Shown piece after piece: positions 61,904-64,000 of a stretch of DNA of 64,000 bases (the first letter of the stretch is position 1; the number at the start of each line of letters is the position of its first letter). The DNA comes from Anaeramoeba ignava BMAN (lineage: Eukaryota; Protista; Anaeramoebae). The stretch spans positions 620,001 to 684,000 of the forward strand of contig JAPDFW010000059.1 of assembly GCA_028826165.1 (NCBI GenBank), in the 5' to 3' direction. Below the pieces are notes generated by a model. It searched no databases. It saw nothing but the letters and a program-made list of their open reading frames with translations, and was not told the origin of the DNA. Made by a program: the position numbers and the translations under genes.

Positions 61904-62034
61904 GAAAAATTATACAATTAAAAACCAAAAATATAATTTTTCTTTTTAAAAAAAAGAAGAAATAAAAAAAATTTATTTTTTCATTTTTTTATTTTTTCAT
62001 TTTTTCATTTTTATTTTTATTTTTATTTTGCAAA

Positions 62035-63126
62035 ATGAAAAATATTAAATTTAAATCCGTTGCTGTAACTGGACAAGATGCAATTAGAACAAAATATTCT
62101 GCTGTTCAATTGGGTTATTATAATGATCCTTTTGTTCAATTTTTTGTTCAAAACCCTCGAAAATCACAACCTATTATGAATCGAGGTTATTTTGCAAGAG
62201 TTTATTCAATAGAAAAGTTAATTTTGCAATTTCTTAATGTTTCAAAAAAAATAAAAGAAAAAAACAAAGAAGAAAAAAAAGACGAAAATTTTCAAAATGT
62301 TGTTCCTCAAATTGTGTCTCTTGGTTCTGGTCTAGACACAACTTTTTGGAGGATTTCACAAGACGAGAAATTCTCCAGTTTCCAATTCCGTTATTTCGAA
62401 GTGGATCTTGATCAAGTTAACGCAAAAAAAATTGACGTTATTTTAAAACATAAAGAATTATCAAGTATAATTGGATGTGAGGAAAAAAATAATCAAAAAA
62501 AGGAAGAACAAATTGAAGAGATTTTGCATGGATCAAAATCTGGGTTTTTTTTGGATCGCAAAAACGCGGAGATCATCTCATCAAAATATAGTCTGATTTC
62601 TGGAGATCTATGCGCACTTGACAGCATAATTGAGCGAATGAAGATCCATAAGATCAACTTTGAAGCGCCCACAATATTCTTTTCGGAATGTTCGCTTGTG
62701 TATTTGGATCCCAAGTATTCCGACGCGATTATTGGCTGGATTGCAAAGGATTTTCACGTTGTTTTTTTTGCTAATTATGAACATATTAATCCAAATGATC
62801 CATTTGGAAAACGAATGTTATTAAATTTTGAAAAACGCAATGCGCCTCTTCTTGGGATACATCAATATCCTTCTCTATCTTCTCAAATACAGAGGCTCAA
62901 GGATGCTGGTTTTGTTTTTGCAGGCGCTGATGATATGTTGAGTATTTATAATAGGTTCTCTACTTCTGATGAAGTGGATCGTTTGGTGATTCAAAAAATT
63001 CAGAAATTGGAGTTTTTTGATGAATTAGAAGAGTGGAATTTAATTATGAGACATTATATGATTTCTTGGGGTGTGAAAATTGAATCGGAATTTATTGATT
63101 TAGTTTCTGAATTTTTTCATTTGTGA
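62035..63126 (+). CDS. LCMT1: Leucine carboxyl methyltransferase 1 (PP2A C-terminal methyltransferase, PPM1)
   Basis: K.SAVQLGYYNDPF, PIMNRGYFARV, QIVSLGSGLDT, YFEVD, PTIFFSECSLVYL, YEHINPNDPFG, LEFFDELEEW..HY. Confidence 0.93.
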   Translation: MKNIKFKSVAVTGQDAIRTKYSAVQLGYYNDPFVQFFVQNPRKSQPIMNRGYFARVYSIEKLILQFLNVSKKIKEKNKEEKKDENFQNVVPQIVSLGSGLDTTFWRISQDEKFSSFQFRYFEVDLDQVNAKKIDVILKHKELSSIIGCEEKNNQKKEEQIEEILHGSKSGFFLDRKNAEIISSKYSLISGDLCALDSIIERMKIHKINFEAPTIFFSECSLVYLDPKYSDAIIGWIAKDFHVVFFANYEHINPNDPFGKRMLLNFEKRNAPLLGIHQYPSLSSQIQRLKDAGFVFAGADDMLSIYNRFSTSDEVDRLVIQKIQKLEFFDELEEWNLIMRHYMISWGVKIESEFIDLVSEFFHL

Positions 63127-63207
63127 TGGAAGAAATTTTTAAAATGTTCAAAATTTTCAAAATGTTCAAAATGTTTTTTTTAGAATTGGAAGGAAATAAA
63201 GAACCCA

Positions 63208-63710
63208 AATTTAACAATTTATTTACAAATTTATTTACAAATTTATTTACAAATTTATTTACAAATTTATTTACAAATTTATTTAACAATTTATTTACAA
63301 ATTTATTTACAAATTTATTTACAAATTTATTTACAAATTTATTTATAATTTTATTTACAAATTTATTTAAAAATTTATTTACAAATTTATTTAAAAATTT
63401 ATTTACAAATTTATTTACAAATTTATTTAAAAATTTATTTACAAATTTATTTACAAATTTATTTATAAATTTATTTAAATTTAAAAATTTATTTATAAAT
63501 TTATTTACAAATTTATTTACAAATTTATTTATAAATTTATTTACAAATTTATTTACAAATTTATTTATAACTTTATTTACAAATTTATTTATAAATTTAT
63601 GGTTTTATTAAATTTATTTAAAAATTTATTTATGATTAAAATTTATTTATAAATTTATTTATAAATTTATTTACAAATTTATTTACAAATTTATTTACAA
63701 ATTTATTTAA
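63208..63710. repeat. 12-bp tandem repeat (AAATTTATTTAC/AT)n
   Basis: Roughly 40 visible copies. Confidence 0.92.
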
Positions 63711-64000
63711 GATCTAATTAAAATTATTTTAAAAAAAGGGATTAAAATGATTAATTGAATTAAATTGGATTTTATTGATTAAAAAATTTATTTAAAAAAT
63801 GTGGAATAAAATTGATTAAAATTTATTTATAAATTTATTTACAAATTTATTTATAAATCTAATTAAGATCTAATTAAATTTATTTTAAAAAAAGGGATTA
63901 AAATGGTTAATTGAATTAAATTGAATTTTATTGATTAAAAAATTTATTTAAAAAATGTGGAATAAAATTGATTAAAATTTATTTATAAATTTATTTAAAA
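63700..64000. repeat. 156-bp higher-order tandem repeat (about 2 copies, runs off window)
   Basis: GGGATTAAAATG at 63738 and 63894; GTGGAATAAAA at 63801 and 63957. Confidence 0.85.

Noticed and set aside
1-64000. Inteins/Hint domains, transposases, reverse transcriptases or a DGR template-repeat pair
   Set aside because: No Hint-type C...HN-(C/S/T) signature, DDE or YxDD RT motif or terminal repeats recognised. RCC1-BTB loop variation is not visibly restricted to adenines and no RT is in the window.
1-64000. tRNA, rRNA or snRNA genes
   Set aside because: No GC-rich structured non-coding segment seen; all GC-richer stretches are protein-coding. A covariance-model search was not possible.

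Overview
Very AT-rich eukaryotic (protist) genomic DNA with GT-AG spliceosomal introns, the standard genetic code and tightly packed genes. Gene content (expanded RCC1+BTB family, ferredoxin with an ML-type organellar presequence, TCATTTT initiator-like motif, N/Q/E hexamer repeats) suggests an anaerobic metamonad such as Anaeramoeba; that assignment is inference. Contents in order: 4 intact tandem intronless RCC1-propeller/BTB-BTB genes; a triple-PH protein; a beta-propeller/alpha-solenoid/Zn-finger protein; HPS4; ADAT2; a [2Fe-2S] ferredoxin; an unusual protein with an ESCRT-III-like N-terminus and a probable tail anchor; an intron-containing RCC1-BTB gene; a ~15 kb RNF213-like gene with degenerate catalytic motifs; a VPS9-domain gene; an unknown multi-exon gene; 3 decayed RCC1-BTB copies on the minus strand; alpha-actinin; GAPVD1; LCMT1; and a terminal AT-rich satellite. 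The best candidate for an undescribed system is the RCC1-BTB family. Its variation is concentrated in two short loops per propeller blade, copies are mosaics of one another, and deletions in the decayed copies fall on those same loops, which resembles a diversifying receptor repertoire on a Cullin-3-type adaptor. About ten single-base frameshifts in A/T runs are most likely assembly errors. All homology calls are by eye from remembered family motifs, not from database searches.
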